Position numbers and translations under genes: made by a program
From: a virus
Lineage: Duplodnaviria; Caudoviricetes
Direction: 5' to 3' (one strand)
Length of the DNA stretch: 42,158 nt
Virus record (IMG/VR): IMGVR_UViG_3300033493_000003
Span: 1 to 42,158 of that record
Part shown: piece by piece, positions 26,054 to 36,061 of the stretch
How the letters are laid out: each line of letters starts with the position of its first letter
How positions within the stretch are numbered: position 1 is the first letter of the stretch
Notes under the pieces: model-generated
Told to the model about the DNA's origin: nothing
Databases searched by the model: none
What the model saw: the letters and a program-made list of their open reading frames with translations, nothing else

Positions 26054-27450
26054 ATTCCCAACTCCGCACCCATTATGGATACCAAAACAGGATCAGTCCC
26101 CGACACCTCATATACCCGGTCTCTGGAGGCCCCTAGCCGGTTCCACATCACGCGGACCAGTCTATCCCCCATTGCGCCCATTGACGCCCAATGCTCATTA
26201 CTCCAAGACCGTCCATCATCATCTGACCATCGGAGCATGACTTGAGGGTCCGATCCTTGCCCGGTAACCAGACCGACGCCGGCAGCGCATATCAGCTGAA
26301 GGGATCGATGGGCCCGTAGACGATAATCGTTTGACCCCGGGGGTAGCGCCCTCCACGACCTCAGCCATTTGTCTGTGTACACTGTGTTGTCGTAAGCATA
26401 CAGCACCCCATCCTGATAGTCTCCGATCACATGGGTGTTGCCTAGCACCATGTGGCAGTTTGCCGGGTACCGAGTGAAAGAGCCACCGGAAAACCCGGCC
26501 CGCTCGTGCCACTCGTTGGTGGCGGCATCGAACACCCAGCAGGTCCCGGCGGTCGGAAAAATGAGGACATAGAACGAATGGCCCGTATCGCTGTACGAAT
26601 ACGCCAGAGCGTCGGAAGTATCGCCATATGACGCTATCGCCTCCTCTATGGCGTGGTTTGACACCCTCAGCGCCTCGGAGTGTCCGTTAGCGCGGAATAC
26701 CACACCGAACCCTCTAGAGTCCCGACCCAGCCAGAACAGTGAGTTGTCCATTTTTGCTACAGAGGCCGCCGCCGACAAACCGGTTTCCAGAAAAACGCCC
26801 TGGATCCGCTCAAGAGGAAAGTCAACCGCCCCTGAGTCGTACCAAACCTCGACGCTATCTTCCCCGAACAACCACACTTCTCGGTGATCGACAATTAACG
26901 ACACCAATTTGTCTGGTGCCCCCTCGGCGCTGGCAAATTCAAGAGGGTCTATCGCCGTACCATCAAGTAGGCTAGTAACCCATAACATCTGGCTATCTGG
27001 CTGGTTGAACACGAAATATCCGTCAAGATAACCAACCGTCACCGCCCCCGGGAAGTCAGGGTCTGTTATCTCGGATAGCAACCCAGTACTCGCATTGTAG
27101 ATGAATCCCTTAGGGTTGCAAGCCACAAATAACTGAGTGCCGTTATCGGCCATGGACACCGGGCCACTTCCACTACTGACCGCGCCTATCAGCGTTAGAG
27201 ACCACGATGTGGACACTCGATACAGTGACGATCCGATCACCGCGTACCCCCGCCCCCCAAATGAGTGGAGACCGCGGACCGGACTACTCCCCGCTACTGA
27301 CGCTAGCACGCGCAAACCGGGACAGCGGGTTAGAAACCCATGTTCCTTCCCCCCTTCGGGGACAACCTCAGGATAGAGATTTACCATCCGGTTGGCTGCC
27401 GCAAATGGCTCTGACCGGGTGTATGATCCCCCAAGGATTGGTGATTTCAT
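26050..27450 (-). CDS. Packaged-DNA stabilization / tail hub protein (P22 gp10-like)
   Basis: MVNLYPE, VSMADNG, ASAEGAPD, HSFYVL, WHER, WSDDDG, RLGASRDRV motifs. Confidence 0.85.
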   Translation of the reverse strand: MKSPILGGSYTRSEPFAAANRMVNLYPEVVPEGGKEHGFLTRCPGLRVLASVAGSSPVRGLHSFGGRGYAVIGSSLYRVSTSWSLTLIGAVSSGSGPVSMADNGTQLFVACNPKGFIYNASTGLLSEITDPDFPGAVTVGYLDGYFVFNQPDSQMLWVTSLLDGTAIDPLEFASAEGAPDKLVSLIVDHREVWLFGEDSVEVWYDSGAVDFPLERIQGVFLETGLSAAASVAKMDNSLFWLGRDSRGFGVVFRANGHSEALRVSNHAIEEAIASYGDTSDALAYSYSDTGHSFYVLIFPTAGTCWVFDAATNEWHERAGFSGGSFTRYPANCHMVLGNTHVIGDYQDGVLYAYDNTVYTDKWLRSWRALPPGSNDYRLRAHRSLQLICAAGVGLVTGQGSDPQVMLRWSDDDGRSWSNEHWASMGAMGDRLVRVMWNRLGASRDRVYEVSGTDPVLVSIMGAELGI

Positions 27451-28127
27451 CGTGGCCGCACCTTAACAGATGCTGATTCACAGTCTGCCAGCTCCCACAA
27501 CAGCCACAAACGCTCAGACTCCGACGCAACCGCCTGGGGTGTACCCGCATAGGACGGCCCCAACATTACCGCCAGGCGATACGTCATCATTAGCGCGTAC
27601 TCTTCCGGGAGGTCTACATCATCCGCGACACTGGTGAATATCTCTACGGGCCGCTGAAACGTGAGTACAATGGTCGTATTACCGCTAGATCCTGTAGGCC
27701 ACACGTACAACACGCCATTCGCTCGTTGGGGGTCATAATACGCCATCTGGACTGGGGCCTGCAAAGTCTTATTGGACAGATTCATATACTCGTCGCGGCT
27801 GACCACCTCCACTTCCAACTCTGTGCCCGCTGAATCCCTCCTCCTAGCCGCTAACAACCCCTGGGGCCGTTCGGTATCGATATTCATCCCTGACCCCACG
27901 GTATAACTACTCGTCCCCGGGGTTACAGTGTGCGTGACGTCGGCGGCTAACCATCTCCCCGGCCGAGCGGCCATCTGTTTCACGGTGAGGTTCAGGAAGC
28001 GTAGTCCTAGCGCATAATCGTCACCGCTTATGGTCTCCCCAGCAGCGAGGACGCCGAGTAGCCCCATAGCGTCGGCTATCAGATCTCCGGCGGTGGTTGT
28101 CAGCGCGGTGGTTCCAGATGTAGTCAT
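27447..28127 (-). CDS. Head-to-tail adaptor (P22 gp4-like)
   Basis: TAGDLIADAMGLLGVLAAGE...DLPEEY...YRLA; synteny. Confidence 0.7.
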   Translation of the reverse strand: MTTSGTTALTTTAGDLIADAMGLLGVLAAGETISGDDYALGLRFLNLTVKQMAARPGRWLAADVTHTVTPGTSSYTVGSGMNIDTERPQGLLAARRRDSAGTELEVEVVSRDEYMNLSNKTLQAPVQMAYYDPQRANGVLYVWPTGSSGNTTIVLTFQRPVEIFTSVADDVDLPEEYALMMTYRLAVMLGPSYAGTPQAVASESERLWLLWELADCESASVKVRPR

Positions 28128-28669
28128 ATTCCCCCCGATGTACCCGGATAGATAGCGATGGACCGCACAGCGCCATCAAACGCGCCGGTTGGTGTTATCC
28201 TCACGGTGTCAGTAGTAGCCCCGGCGGTAAACGCAATGTTTAACTGCTCATTTCCTGATGTGCTATCTGACTCACCTACCGTCACCAATTCGACCGTCAC
28301 GCTTCCCAGCACCCGGTTATCGATGAGTACTTGCAGGGAGTACGCACCGCCCACGGTTAGCCCCGTGATAGCCAACTCTGCAGGATCAACCCCTGAACTG
28401 TGTACCCACCCAAGATCAGTAGCCGCCCACCCAGCCGCGCCAGGGTCATCGGTACAGGCGTTAAACACCAAATGCGTGTAGGTATCTGGCCGTGCGTCAC
28501 GAATCCCGATACGCTCGTTCAGCGCCCGTACTGATTCCTGAGGATGCTTCGGCTCCCAGTCCCTGCGACATACCAAGGCCTTATCCCACCGGAGCCGTAA
28601 GTCATATAACCGGTACTGTAGGCCACACTCGTCACAGATACCGTATGCGCCCCCAGAACGGTAGGTCAT
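28124..28669 (-). CDS. Hypothetical virion-module protein
   Basis: ICDECG...LRWDKALVC..DWEPKHPQ motif with a beta-rich C-terminal extension. Confidence 0.7.
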   Translation of the reverse strand: MTYRSGGAYGICDECGLQYRLYDLRLRWDKALVCRRDWEPKHPQESVRALNERIGIRDARPDTYTHLVFNACTDDPGAAGWAATDLGWVHSSGVDPAELAITGLTVGGAYSLQVLIDNRVLGSVTVELVTVGESDSTSGNEQLNIAFTAGATTDTVRITPTGAFDGAVRSIAIYPGTSGGI

Positions 28670-28670
28670 T

Positions 28671-29078
28671 TCAACTCTTCTTCACCCGGATAATAATGGA
28701 TCCAAACTTTCCGGCGGTCAGACCAGACGTTGTCAGTTGCAGCTTTCCGGTTCCGTCAAGGGCGTTACTGCGATCCTTCAGCCCCCCTAAGTAACCGAAG
28801 TCTACCATCGCGGACTGTCCACCCGACATGGACCACAACTTGGTATCAGAGATTAGGTAGTCAAAATCGAGATAAGAGTCGAATCCGGTCAGGTCATATG
28901 AAATACTCTCCACCGTAATCAATGGCTTGTTTGGGAACGATGGGCTGAACGACTCGGCCGGATCGATTAGAACGTAGTCGATTAAGTCGGGTGAAACCCC
29001 GTCGCTTTCAATAAAAATATGGAACACGCCATTTTTGGGGCCGTCCATTAATTTGGTGATGGTTATCTTGTGCGCCAT
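28671..29078 (-). CDS. Hypothetical structural protein
   Basis: GGAGG SD; start re-called at ATG 29078. Confidence 0.7.
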   Translation of the reverse strand: MAHKITITKLMDGPKNGVFHIFIESDGVSPDLIDYVLIDPAESFSPSFPNKPLITVESISYDLTGFDSYLDFDYLISDTKLWSMSGGQSAMVDFGYLGGLKDRSNALDGTGKLQLTTSGLTAGKFGSIIIRVKKS

Positions 29079-29088
29079 GCTGCCCTCC

Positions 29089-29115
29089 AAAAGAAAAGCG
29101 CCCCCGAAGGGGCGC
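29089..29115 (-). terminator. Intrinsic terminator
   Basis: GCGCCCC-TTCG-GGGGCGC-TTTTCTTTT on minus strand. Confidence 0.8.
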
Positions 29116-29121
29116 AACTAC

Positions 29122-29646
29122 TTAGGCGTCAACCTCGGCCCAGGTTACGGACGCGATACCGACCGCAGCCGTAGTCAGATACGACAAAGACAGGTGTGTG
29201 CCGGGCGGAAGGATAATCTCGCCGTTGATCTCTTCCGTGTACTTGCCGGGGCTGATAGAACTCGCGGCCACTACTCCACCAATGGGCCGCAACCACACCG
29301 GGGTGTTAGGCAGCGTGGCTGAGACATCGACCCGACCGACCCCCAACTTAGAATCGCTACCGGTGCAAATGGCGTTATGGATCACCGCCGGGGTTGTATG
29401 AGTGACGGCGGTGGTGTGTGGGGCGGGGCTGATAGCCAAACCGACAACTGCCGCTCCGGCCGGAGCCGTAGAGGGCTGAAAACACACCCGCTTCACGATC
29501 AGGTTTTTACCGGATCCGTACGGATTGGACAGTGCCAACCCAGTGCAGGTGGCATGGACTGTCGAGAGGGTTACCGCGCCAGCAGAACAGGCGTGATACA
29601 TGTTGCCCAACCGGGCTTGCTCAAGGAACCATTCGTTCGTATACAT
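29122..29646 (-). CDS. Hypothetical structural protein
   Basis: 174-aa ORF, AAGGAG SD, in capsid operon. Confidence 0.7.
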   Translation of the reverse strand: MYTNEWFLEQARLGNMYHACSAGAVTLSTVHATCTGLALSNPYGSGKNLIVKRVCFQPSTAPAGAAVVGLAISPAPHTTAVTHTTPAVIHNAICTGSDSKLGVGRVDVSATLPNTPVWLRPIGGVVAASSISPGKYTEEINGEIILPPGTHLSLSYLTTAAVGIASVTWAEVDA

Positions 29647-29812
29647 TATTTTTCTCCTTCACGGGTTGTGGTTTTTTGGGTGACGCTTTCTTGGCCGGTA
29701 TCCTAGCTTCGCCCACCGGGTGCTCAACAGGTGTAAGCACGATGGCGCATTTCAAGCAAGGGACTGCCTCATCATCAACACGGCCGCATTTCAGGCAAAC
29801 ATACTCAGGCAT
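29621..29812 (-). CDS. Small CxxC...CxxC protein
   Basis: AAGGAGG SD; MPEYVCLKCG...CLKC. Confidence 0.55.
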   Translation of the reverse strand: MPEYVCLKCGRVDDEAVPCLKCAIVLTPVEHPVGEARIPAKKASPKKPQPVKEKNNVYERMVP

Positions 29813-29830
29813 AAGACCTCCTTGCGCAGA

Positions 29831-30802
29831 TTACGCCGCTACAGCCACACCGGTAGTAGCAAAGGTGGGTACGGCTCCAGAAACATAGATCCCCACGGCG
29901 GCCTGAGCCATGACCGTACAATCCACCGAAGTGCAGTCCTGAAGAAGAACAACCCCCTCAGTCTGCGCCCCGCCAAATCCAACCGCGTTAGCCGGAGTAG
30001 CCGCGCTGAGGGGGTTGTTGACAAATGAGCACCCCTTAGCCAACAACATCCGTTCGACATCAGTTGCATTTGCGCCGTAGATCATCATGGTCTCGGTGCC
30101 ACCTGCCTTACGCCAGAAGAGGCAGTTGTCAAATACCCCGTCGCGAAACTTCTTCCCGGACAAGGTGGCCGTAACTTTGACACATGGCCGTATAACGTTG
30201 TCGGCCACGATATTAGCAAGGCTTCCGATTGTGCAATAAAACATCTGCACCGAGTCACCATTGTGCAGCATCTCAGCGGCGGCGGTAACGTCCAGATCGG
30301 TGTCTTTGTAGATCTCCACATGGTCGTAAACTGTGTATTCTCCGCCCTCAGCCACGCAGTAGATCCCCTCGGCAACCGTCGAAGAGTTCATGAACTTGAT
30401 ATTGCTGAACGAGTTGCGGACCCCCGTATTCTGCATGGTGGCAATGTTCGTCGCACCGCTTGTGGCCGTCAGCGAAACCTTAGCATTCTGGCCGAACATC
30501 CTACCGCCCGGGTCGTACCCAAACATATGGACCCTATTCTTGCTGATATCCAGCATCTCGGTCAGGACATGGGTTGAACTCCCCATCAGGGCTATGCCCT
30601 CGTTCTTATTGGTCGTGAGGGCATCCATGGCCTTGTCAATAGTCTTAAACGGCCGGTCAGTAGAATTCGATTTCTCGGACACTCCGTCTGATCCGTTGCC
30701 ATAATCGACAAACAGAACCTTAGTCAGCCCGCGTGGTATCCCGCCAATCAGCGGAATACCGTTAAATCTGGGGCCGGAAGCCCCGAAGTTGTAATTACCC
30801 AT
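29831..30802 (-). CDS. Putative head fibre / beta-helix virion protein
   Basis: FVDYGNGSDG...PFKTIDKA motif typical of beta-helix starts; follows capsid gene. Confidence 0.6.
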   Translation of the reverse strand: MGNYNFGASGPRFNGIPLIGGIPRGLTKVLFVDYGNGSDGVSEKSNSTDRPFKTIDKAMDALTTNKNEGIALMGSSTHVLTEMLDISKNRVHMFGYDPGGRMFGQNAKVSLTATSGATNIATMQNTGVRNSFSNIKFMNSSTVAEGIYCVAEGGEYTVYDHVEIYKDTDLDVTAAAEMLHNGDSVQMFYCTIGSLANIVADNVIRPCVKVTATLSGKKFRDGVFDNCLFWRKAGGTETMMIYGANATDVERMLLAKGCSFVNNPLSAATPANAVGFGGAQTEGVVLLQDCTSVDCTVMAQAAVGIYVSGAVPTFATTGVAVAA

Positions 30803-30820
30803 TACCCACCTCCAGAGTGG

Positions 30821-30846
30821 AAACAGCGGGGCCTTTCGACCCCACC
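30821..30846 (-). terminator. Hairpin / weak terminator after capsid gene
   Basis: GGGGTC-GAAA-GGCCCC followed by GCTGTTT. Confidence 0.45.
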
Positions 30847-30862
30847 AGGTTAAACGTTAAGG

Positions 30863-31768
30863 TTACGCCCCAGGAGACCCGTACAAACCGCGCGGATCAG
30901 CCCACCCGAACCCGATACGACGGCTGCCTTTCATCTTGGCATTTTCCGTATCGAAATCGTTGTCCTTTCCGAACTCCACTGCTCGCCGGTCCTGAGCAAT
31001 CAGGCCCTCTGGCGCGTTGGTCTTGATGAACCACGCGTCAGAGTCGGTCAGGTAGTGGTTGACCGCAACGCCGTCAGGGAGTAGGCCCATCTTGCGAATA
31101 GCGTTGATATCATTGTTAGCCCCACCACTTTGCAGCATGGATTCTAGAATCCTGGTGGCCTCAAACGTCAGCTGGGGTGGGATGATCAGTTTTCGACCGA
31201 TCAGTGAGATTTTCAGGCCCCTAGAGTCTGTCGCCTGCATAATCTGGATCAGCAGGTCCTCAATGGACGACTCCGACATATCAGCGGCTACGGGGAGGAT
31301 GTTGCTTTGCAGCCCATTCTCGTTGGGGTGACTGGCGGACAGCAGAACAACCCCGTCCCCACCGGTATACCCAGCCGTGGTGGCGCGGTTCAGTACGTTG
31401 GCGGCCACATTCTCCTCGGTCTGCCGGATGCTGAACGCGATATACCGCGAGATCCGCATAGCTACGGACTCGTATTGGCCATCCTCGATGGCCTCCCGAG
31501 TCACGATGCCGCCGATAGCATAGGTCAGATTAGTGATCCGAGAGACGAAACCCTGCTTGGCGTCCTCGAAGCTGATGGACGCGCCCTGGGTTTTGAGGGG
31601 GGCCAGGCCGAACCCCGTATACTGTACCCGCTCCTCATATGCCTTATCGCTGGACTCGGTGTCAAAAATCTGACTCCACTCCACCGGGTGCTCGTCGTAC
31701 GTGTGGCCGAAATGCGCTTTAACCCCCGGCCAGAGGTCTTTAGGGTGCGCCCCCGTGGTCATTACCAT
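30863..31768 (-). CDS. Major capsid protein
   Basis: LWPGVKA, SSDKAYEE, GDGVVLLSASHP, LIIPPQL, NHYLTDSDAWFI, FGWADPRGLYGSPGA. Confidence 0.85.
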   Translation of the reverse strand: MVMTTGAHPKDLWPGVKAHFGHTYDEHPVEWSQIFDTESSDKAYEERVQYTGFGLAPLKTQGASISFEDAKQGFVSRITNLTYAIGGIVTREAIEDGQYESVAMRISRYIAFSIRQTEENVAANVLNRATTAGYTGGDGVVLLSASHPNENGLQSNILPVAADMSESSIEDLLIQIMQATDSRGLKISLIGRKLIIPPQLTFEATRILESMLQSGGANNDINAIRKMGLLPDGVAVNHYLTDSDAWFIKTNAPEGLIAQDRRAVEFGKDNDFDTENAKMKGSRRIGFGWADPRGLYGSPGA

Positions 31769-31780
31769 GATCGGACCTCC

Positions 31781-32395
31781 TTATGCCGCCGTGATGCCGA
31801 GGAACCGGCCGGTGCTATTTTCGTTGGTGTTGATCAGGACCTCATAGACTGCATTATCGGCCAGGGTGTTGTCCTCCTTATCCTGGATGCCTAGAATATG
31901 CAAGGTGAAGTTCTGCGTGGTATTCGGGGCGGTGGTGGTCCCTTCATCCAGATGAAATCCAGACAGCCCGGTATTCGTACTTCCGGCCGCCGTAGCGATC
32001 ATAACGGCGTTTTGACCGGGGAACACAGCGGACGGGGTGCCACCGCCATCTCCGCGAATGGCGAAAACCAGATCATCGGAGGCCATAGCCACGTAGGCAT
32101 AACCTCCAGTTGAAGCCGGGATATACAGGCGGCTGAGGTTGTCGGGGTCTGGCTCAAACCCCACTACCACGCCACGAATCAGCGTTCCAGCTGTACCGGC
32201 CGAGGCATTGATGGTCGGGTACCGGCCAGTAGAATCCTTTTCGGCCAGGGTAGGGGACCACAAAACTGGGTCGCCGATAAACAGCGCGGTCGCATAGGAC
32301 GCGCTGACGTAACATTTCTGGACCGCCCCGTTATAGGGGGACCCGTTGAGATGGCGCACGGGACGAAGGCCGAATGCGCCAGTAGGATTAGCCAT
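31781..32395 (-). CDS. Capsid decoration / minor capsid protein
   Basis: MANPTGAFGLRPVRHLNG...ALFIGDPV; directly upstream of capsid. Confidence 0.65.
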   Translation of the reverse strand: MANPTGAFGLRPVRHLNGSPYNGAVQKCYVSASYATALFIGDPVLWSPTLAEKDSTGRYPTINASAGTAGTLIRGVVVGFEPDPDNLSRLYIPASTGGYAYVAMASDDLVFAIRGDGGGTPSAVFPGQNAVMIATAAGSTNTGLSGFHLDEGTTTAPNTTQNFTLHILGIQDKEDNTLADNAVYEVLINTNENSTGRFLGITAA

Positions 32396-32417
32396 GGCTA
32401 ATACCTCCTTTTATGTG

Positions 32418-32870
32418 TTAGGGTTGGTACTGCACATTTTCCAGTGTCGCCCCGCCATGCTCGGGCCTTACGCCATGGGGGGTGAGACCAGAGGGGTTGC
32501 CACCACGAATAGCGACGTCAACCTGTTTGTTTATGTCTTCCTTTGCCTGCTGGTCCTCGTCGTACAGCTTTTTGTCGATGGCCATGAAGTACCGGTATTG
32601 AGTAGATCCATCTTTATTCTTTCCGGTCTGCTGACGGATGCGCCGGTCCCGCTCCTGTGCCTCCTTGCCGCCCCCGACCTCCATGCCGCCGTCAGGGGAA
32701 ACAAATTCGTATCCCCCCTCGATTGCGCGGGTCAGATTCTCCTCGTTGACCCATCGCGGAATCTTACCGGACGCGATGAGCCGTGTTTCAGTGGCCCGGT
32801 CAATCGATCCCTTCTGCCTTGGCACCCCAAACGGGATGCGTTTCCGTCTGTCCTGACTTCCTTTTGCCAT
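32418..32870 (-). CDS. Conserved head-module hypothetical protein
   Basis: RWVNE...GGYEFV...MAIDKKLYDEDQ; start re-called at ATG 32870. Confidence 0.7.
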   Translation of the reverse strand: MAKGSQDRRKRIPFGVPRQKGSIDRATETRLIASGKIPRWVNEENLTRAIEGGYEFVSPDGGMEVGGGKEAQERDRRIRQQTGKNKDGSTQYRYFMAIDKKLYDEDQQAKEDINKQVDVAIRGGNPSGLTPHGVRPEHGGATLENVQYQP

Positions 32871-32880
32871 GTTGCTTACC

Positions 32881-33639
32881 TCATTCGTAATACGCCGCAG
32901 CGTATTGATCTTTCGTGAATTCCCGACCCTGGGCTTTAGCTTTAGCCGCCAGACGGGTGTATGTGGCCTTAGCGTCCGCCGGGAGGTCTGCGAACGTCTG
33001 ACCTTTCGTGCCCGTAGCACCTTTACCCGCCGCTCCACCGCCTTCAACCGCGCCGGGTTCATCGCGCCGGGGGTTAATAAACTTGTGGGGGAACGCTTTC
33101 TTCACCCGCTCGGTCATTTCGGTCCCCAGTTTCGCTGGGTCGATCACTCCGCCATGCTCCGCTACAATCCTGTGACTGATAAAATCAGCGTAGTCGGCAA
33201 GCTCCGGCTCGGCCTGATACCAAGGGTTTTTCGCCTGCCAATCCTCAAACACGGGATCCGGTGGAGGCGCAGCAGCAATAGGTGGAGCGGGTGGCTTAAT
33301 GGCGGCCCGCTCCTTCTTTGCGGCCACAAAGGCGTCTCCATCCCCGGCCTTAAACGCCTCGACCTCCTTTTCATCCAGCGCCCGCAGCTTGGCGTTGTAC
33401 TCTTCGGTTGCCCTGGCGTAAGCCTCGGCTTTTACGCGCTCAATCTCCTGCCGGTTGGCGGAGAGAGCAACTTTCAGCTCGGTTTCGACCTTGTTAAGCC
33501 TGTCTTTCAGGATCGGAATGACCTTTTCTCCCCGCTGGACGAACTCGGCGGCCGGTCGCCATTTATCGGGGTCCCCCTTCCACTCTTCCTGGGGCACCCA
33601 CCCCATCTGTAGTGCTTCGGTAACTGCTGGATCACTCAT
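32881..33639 (-). CDS. Putative scaffolding protein
   Basis: MGWVPQEEWKGDPDKWRPAAEFVQRG; coiled coil; WQAKNPWY; between portal and capsid. Confidence 0.7.
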   Translation of the reverse strand: MSDPAVTEALQMGWVPQEEWKGDPDKWRPAAEFVQRGEKVIPILKDRLNKVETELKVALSANRQEIERVKAEAYARATEEYNAKLRALDEKEVEAFKAGDGDAFVAAKKERAAIKPPAPPIAAAPPPDPVFEDWQAKNPWYQAEPELADYADFISHRIVAEHGGVIDPAKLGTEMTERVKKAFPHKFINPRRDEPGAVEGGGAAGKGATGTKGQTFADLPADAKATYTRLAAKAKAQGREFTKDQYAAAYYE

Positions 33640-33955
33640 CCTCGGGTACCTCCACAATCGCGCCAATCTCTTTGTCGTTGATCAGCCGGTAATCCTTACC
33701 ATCCAGCCCCTTGACCATCGACCCGGCGTAACGGTCGTACAGCACGGTGTCGCCAACACACGGGGTTTCGAGCCACGTGGGATCTGTAAACGCGATAGAC
33801 CCGATCGCCACCACCCGTCCGCGCTCCCGGGCAAATTTCTCCTTGTCCTGGGTGGTCTCGGGAATGTAGATTCCCCCTTTGGTCTGGGCCTCCACCGCTT
33901 CCGGCTCGATAAGTACTTTGTACTCCACCGGCCTGATACCGCTATCATTCCTCAT
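33632..33955 (-). CDS. groES: GroES/Cpn10-like co-chaperonin
   Basis: IRPVEYKVLI...TKGGIYIP...GRVVAIG...VGDTVLYDRYAG...YRLINDKEI. Confidence 0.85.
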   Translation of the reverse strand: MRNDSGIRPVEYKVLIEPEAVEAQTKGGIYIPETTQDKEKFARERGRVVAIGSIAFTDPTWLETPCVGDTVLYDRYAGSMVKGLDGKDYRLINDKEIGAIVEVPEDE

Positions 33956-34173
33956 TCTTCTGCCTCCATTTGCTCAATTTCCTTGATTAGGTCGTCCTTA
34001 CCCTTGTGGTACGCCAACTGGTACGCTGCCGTCTGCTGGAGCGATGAAGAGTCCTGGCTGATCCCCTCCACCAAATCCTGAAGGCATTGCAGCTGGTACG
34101 CCTTGACCCTCCTCAGCACCTCCCTGGTTGCTGGGTGCTGCTTCCACTCCCTCAACTCCCCTGGCCCCATCAT
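33952..34173 (-). CDS. Hypothetical protein
   Basis: GGAGG SD; WKQHPAT motif; ATGA coupling to groES; overlaps portal 3' end. Confidence 0.65.
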   Translation of the reverse strand: MMGPGELREWKQHPATREVLRRVKAYQLQCLQDLVEGISQDSSSLQQTAAYQLAYHKGKDDLIKEIEQMEAEE

Positions 34174-36058
34174 TCCTTACCTCCTTCAGTACGTCCAGCT
34201 GTAGGGCGTAATGATCTAACTGAACCCCTGCTTCCTTGGCCTCGGCTGATGCTAGCGCCTCGATGGACTTAGCCCGCATCAACTCTATCTCGGCCTGCAT
34301 TTTCTTCGCCTGGTCCTTTAGTTGGAGCATTTTTAGCTCCATGTCAAGCATTTTCGGGTCTGGGGGTGATTGGCGCTGTTCGGGGGGGACGATTAGAGCG
34401 TCTGCGCCAGGCACCTCTATTGCCTCCAGATACCGGCGATTAGCCTCATCTGGGTTAATTCCCGGATCACCCTTGAGCGCCATTACCATTTCAGCCTTTG
34501 CGACTTTCTGCAGGGTGGTGGAGACGGACGGATCAGCCACTGGCTGGACGTCGGTGCCGTCATTCTGGAAATCCGACAGGGAGACCACCCCCTCCGATCC
34601 GTCATCCAGCACGCGAAAATAAACCCCCGGTTGCAGGTACAGCCCGTTAATCCGGTAGAGTTTTTTGAACTCACCCTTGAATCCGCGATACACCCGCTTG
34701 TAGATCGCGGAGAACACCTTTAGCCCCTGTTCTATCTTCGCCATGGTGGTAGTGGCGGTCTCGTTTTGGACCGGGCCACCGGTTAAGATGTCCTGAACGC
34801 CGGTTATGTCCTTGGCCCCCTGGATCAGCAGGCTCAACAGGTTAAACAGCACGGGTGAAGGGCCGGGAAACTGCATCTGGTAGAGTGCATCACGCAATGG
34901 CATTCCCTGAGGAGTACGTACCTGCTTAAACTCGCCCAGCTCAAACCGGATACTCCCCCGTTTGCCGTCAATGGTCACGCCCTCTCGGATAAAACCCCCG
35001 GATAGATTTCCAAGCGTGCCGGCGTCAATCATCTGGTTGATGGACGTGTCGATAGTCTCACACAGGGGGCCGACCAGCTGACCAAACCCTAGATCGTAAA
35101 ATCCACCGTCCGGGCTGGGAACGAAGGAAAATTTGGTGAAATATTGCGCCCGCTCGATCCGCGCCACCCGTACAGACTCTACCGGCGTCTCTGGAGGAAT
35201 TTCGGTCAACCGTAACACGTCCGCGCCAGTTCGCAGCCATACGCCCTCTGGATAGTAGGAGGCCTTGATACGTACCACCTTTTCGGACATCTTATGCACG
35301 GTCACGCAGTACGGCTCCTTGTATCCGTCGCCGTCCAGATCAAGCAAACAGTGCTGCTCGTAGAACTCCTGTAGCTCCTCCTCCTCGGTCTCGGTCACCC
35401 CGATATTGAGGTCAACGTCGCGCCACGTCCCTGACAGCTGGCGTTCCATGATCTCCTGAGGGTGGAGCCATAAGCGGTGAGTCACACGTGGGCAGGTCTC
35501 CAGACTTTTTGTCCTGTAGTGGACGATGAGATCTAAAGGGCGGATCCACTCACTGACGGGCCGGCCCGGGGTTGGGTCGAAAAAAGTCTTTTTGAACTCG
35601 CAACCCTCGACCGGTAGGGCCAGCAGCAGGCGGTCTGTCTGCTCGTCCCACTCTTCCATCTCTTCTAGGAGCTGATAGTTCATAAACTGGCTGATCCGCT
35701 CGGCCTGCGCGGCTTTTTGTCCTTGCGGGTCCCTCCCGGTCACCTGTCCTTTGACCACCTTGTTCCCCTGCACCACCGCCGGGTAGGCTCTGGCGTGGAA
35801 CTGGAGGGCCGCCACGGTGATAAGGGGGTATTTAATCGCCGCCGCCCCCTCCCAAGGAAACGTTTTTGGCTCGACCACCTGGAGCGCTAGGTCCATAGCC
35901 CTCTGCGATCTCTCCAGCCAATCCGCACGGCTGGCATCGTCGATCGTAGTCCATCTCACCACGTCCCGTCCGATTTGCGTCAGCCGCTGGTCCTCCAGCT
36001 CCGGGGTCAGGTCGGGCAGCGTGGCATAACGCAGGAGGGTTTGCAGGTCTGTAGGCAT
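33998..36058 (-). CDS. Portal protein
   Basis: KTFPWEGAA, QFHARAYP, NYQLLEEMEEWD, FYDLGFG, NQMIDAGTL; follows terminase. Confidence 0.85.
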   Translation of the reverse strand: MPTDLQTLLRYATLPDLTPELEDQRLTQIGRDVVRWTTIDDASRADWLERSQRAMDLALQVVEPKTFPWEGAAAIKYPLITVAALQFHARAYPAVVQGNKVVKGQVTGRDPQGQKAAQAERISQFMNYQLLEEMEEWDEQTDRLLLALPVEGCEFKKTFFDPTPGRPVSEWIRPLDLIVHYRTKSLETCPRVTHRLWLHPQEIMERQLSGTWRDVDLNIGVTETEEEELQEFYEQHCLLDLDGDGYKEPYCVTVHKMSEKVVRIKASYYPEGVWLRTGADVLRLTEIPPETPVESVRVARIERAQYFTKFSFVPSPDGGFYDLGFGQLVGPLCETIDTSINQMIDAGTLGNLSGGFIREGVTIDGKRGSIRFELGEFKQVRTPQGMPLRDALYQMQFPGPSPVLFNLLSLLIQGAKDITGVQDILTGGPVQNETATTTMAKIEQGLKVFSAIYKRVYRGFKGEFKKLYRINGLYLQPGVYFRVLDDGSEGVVSLSDFQNDGTDVQPVADPSVSTTLQKVAKAEMVMALKGDPGINPDEANRRYLEAIEVPGADALIVPPEQRQSPPDPKMLDMELKMLQLKDQAKKMQAEIELMRAKSIEALASAEAKEAGVQLDHYALQLDVLKEVRNDGARGVEGVEAAPSNQGGAEEGQGVPAAMPSGFGGGDQPGLFIAPADGSVPVGVPQG

Positions 36059-36061
36059 GGA

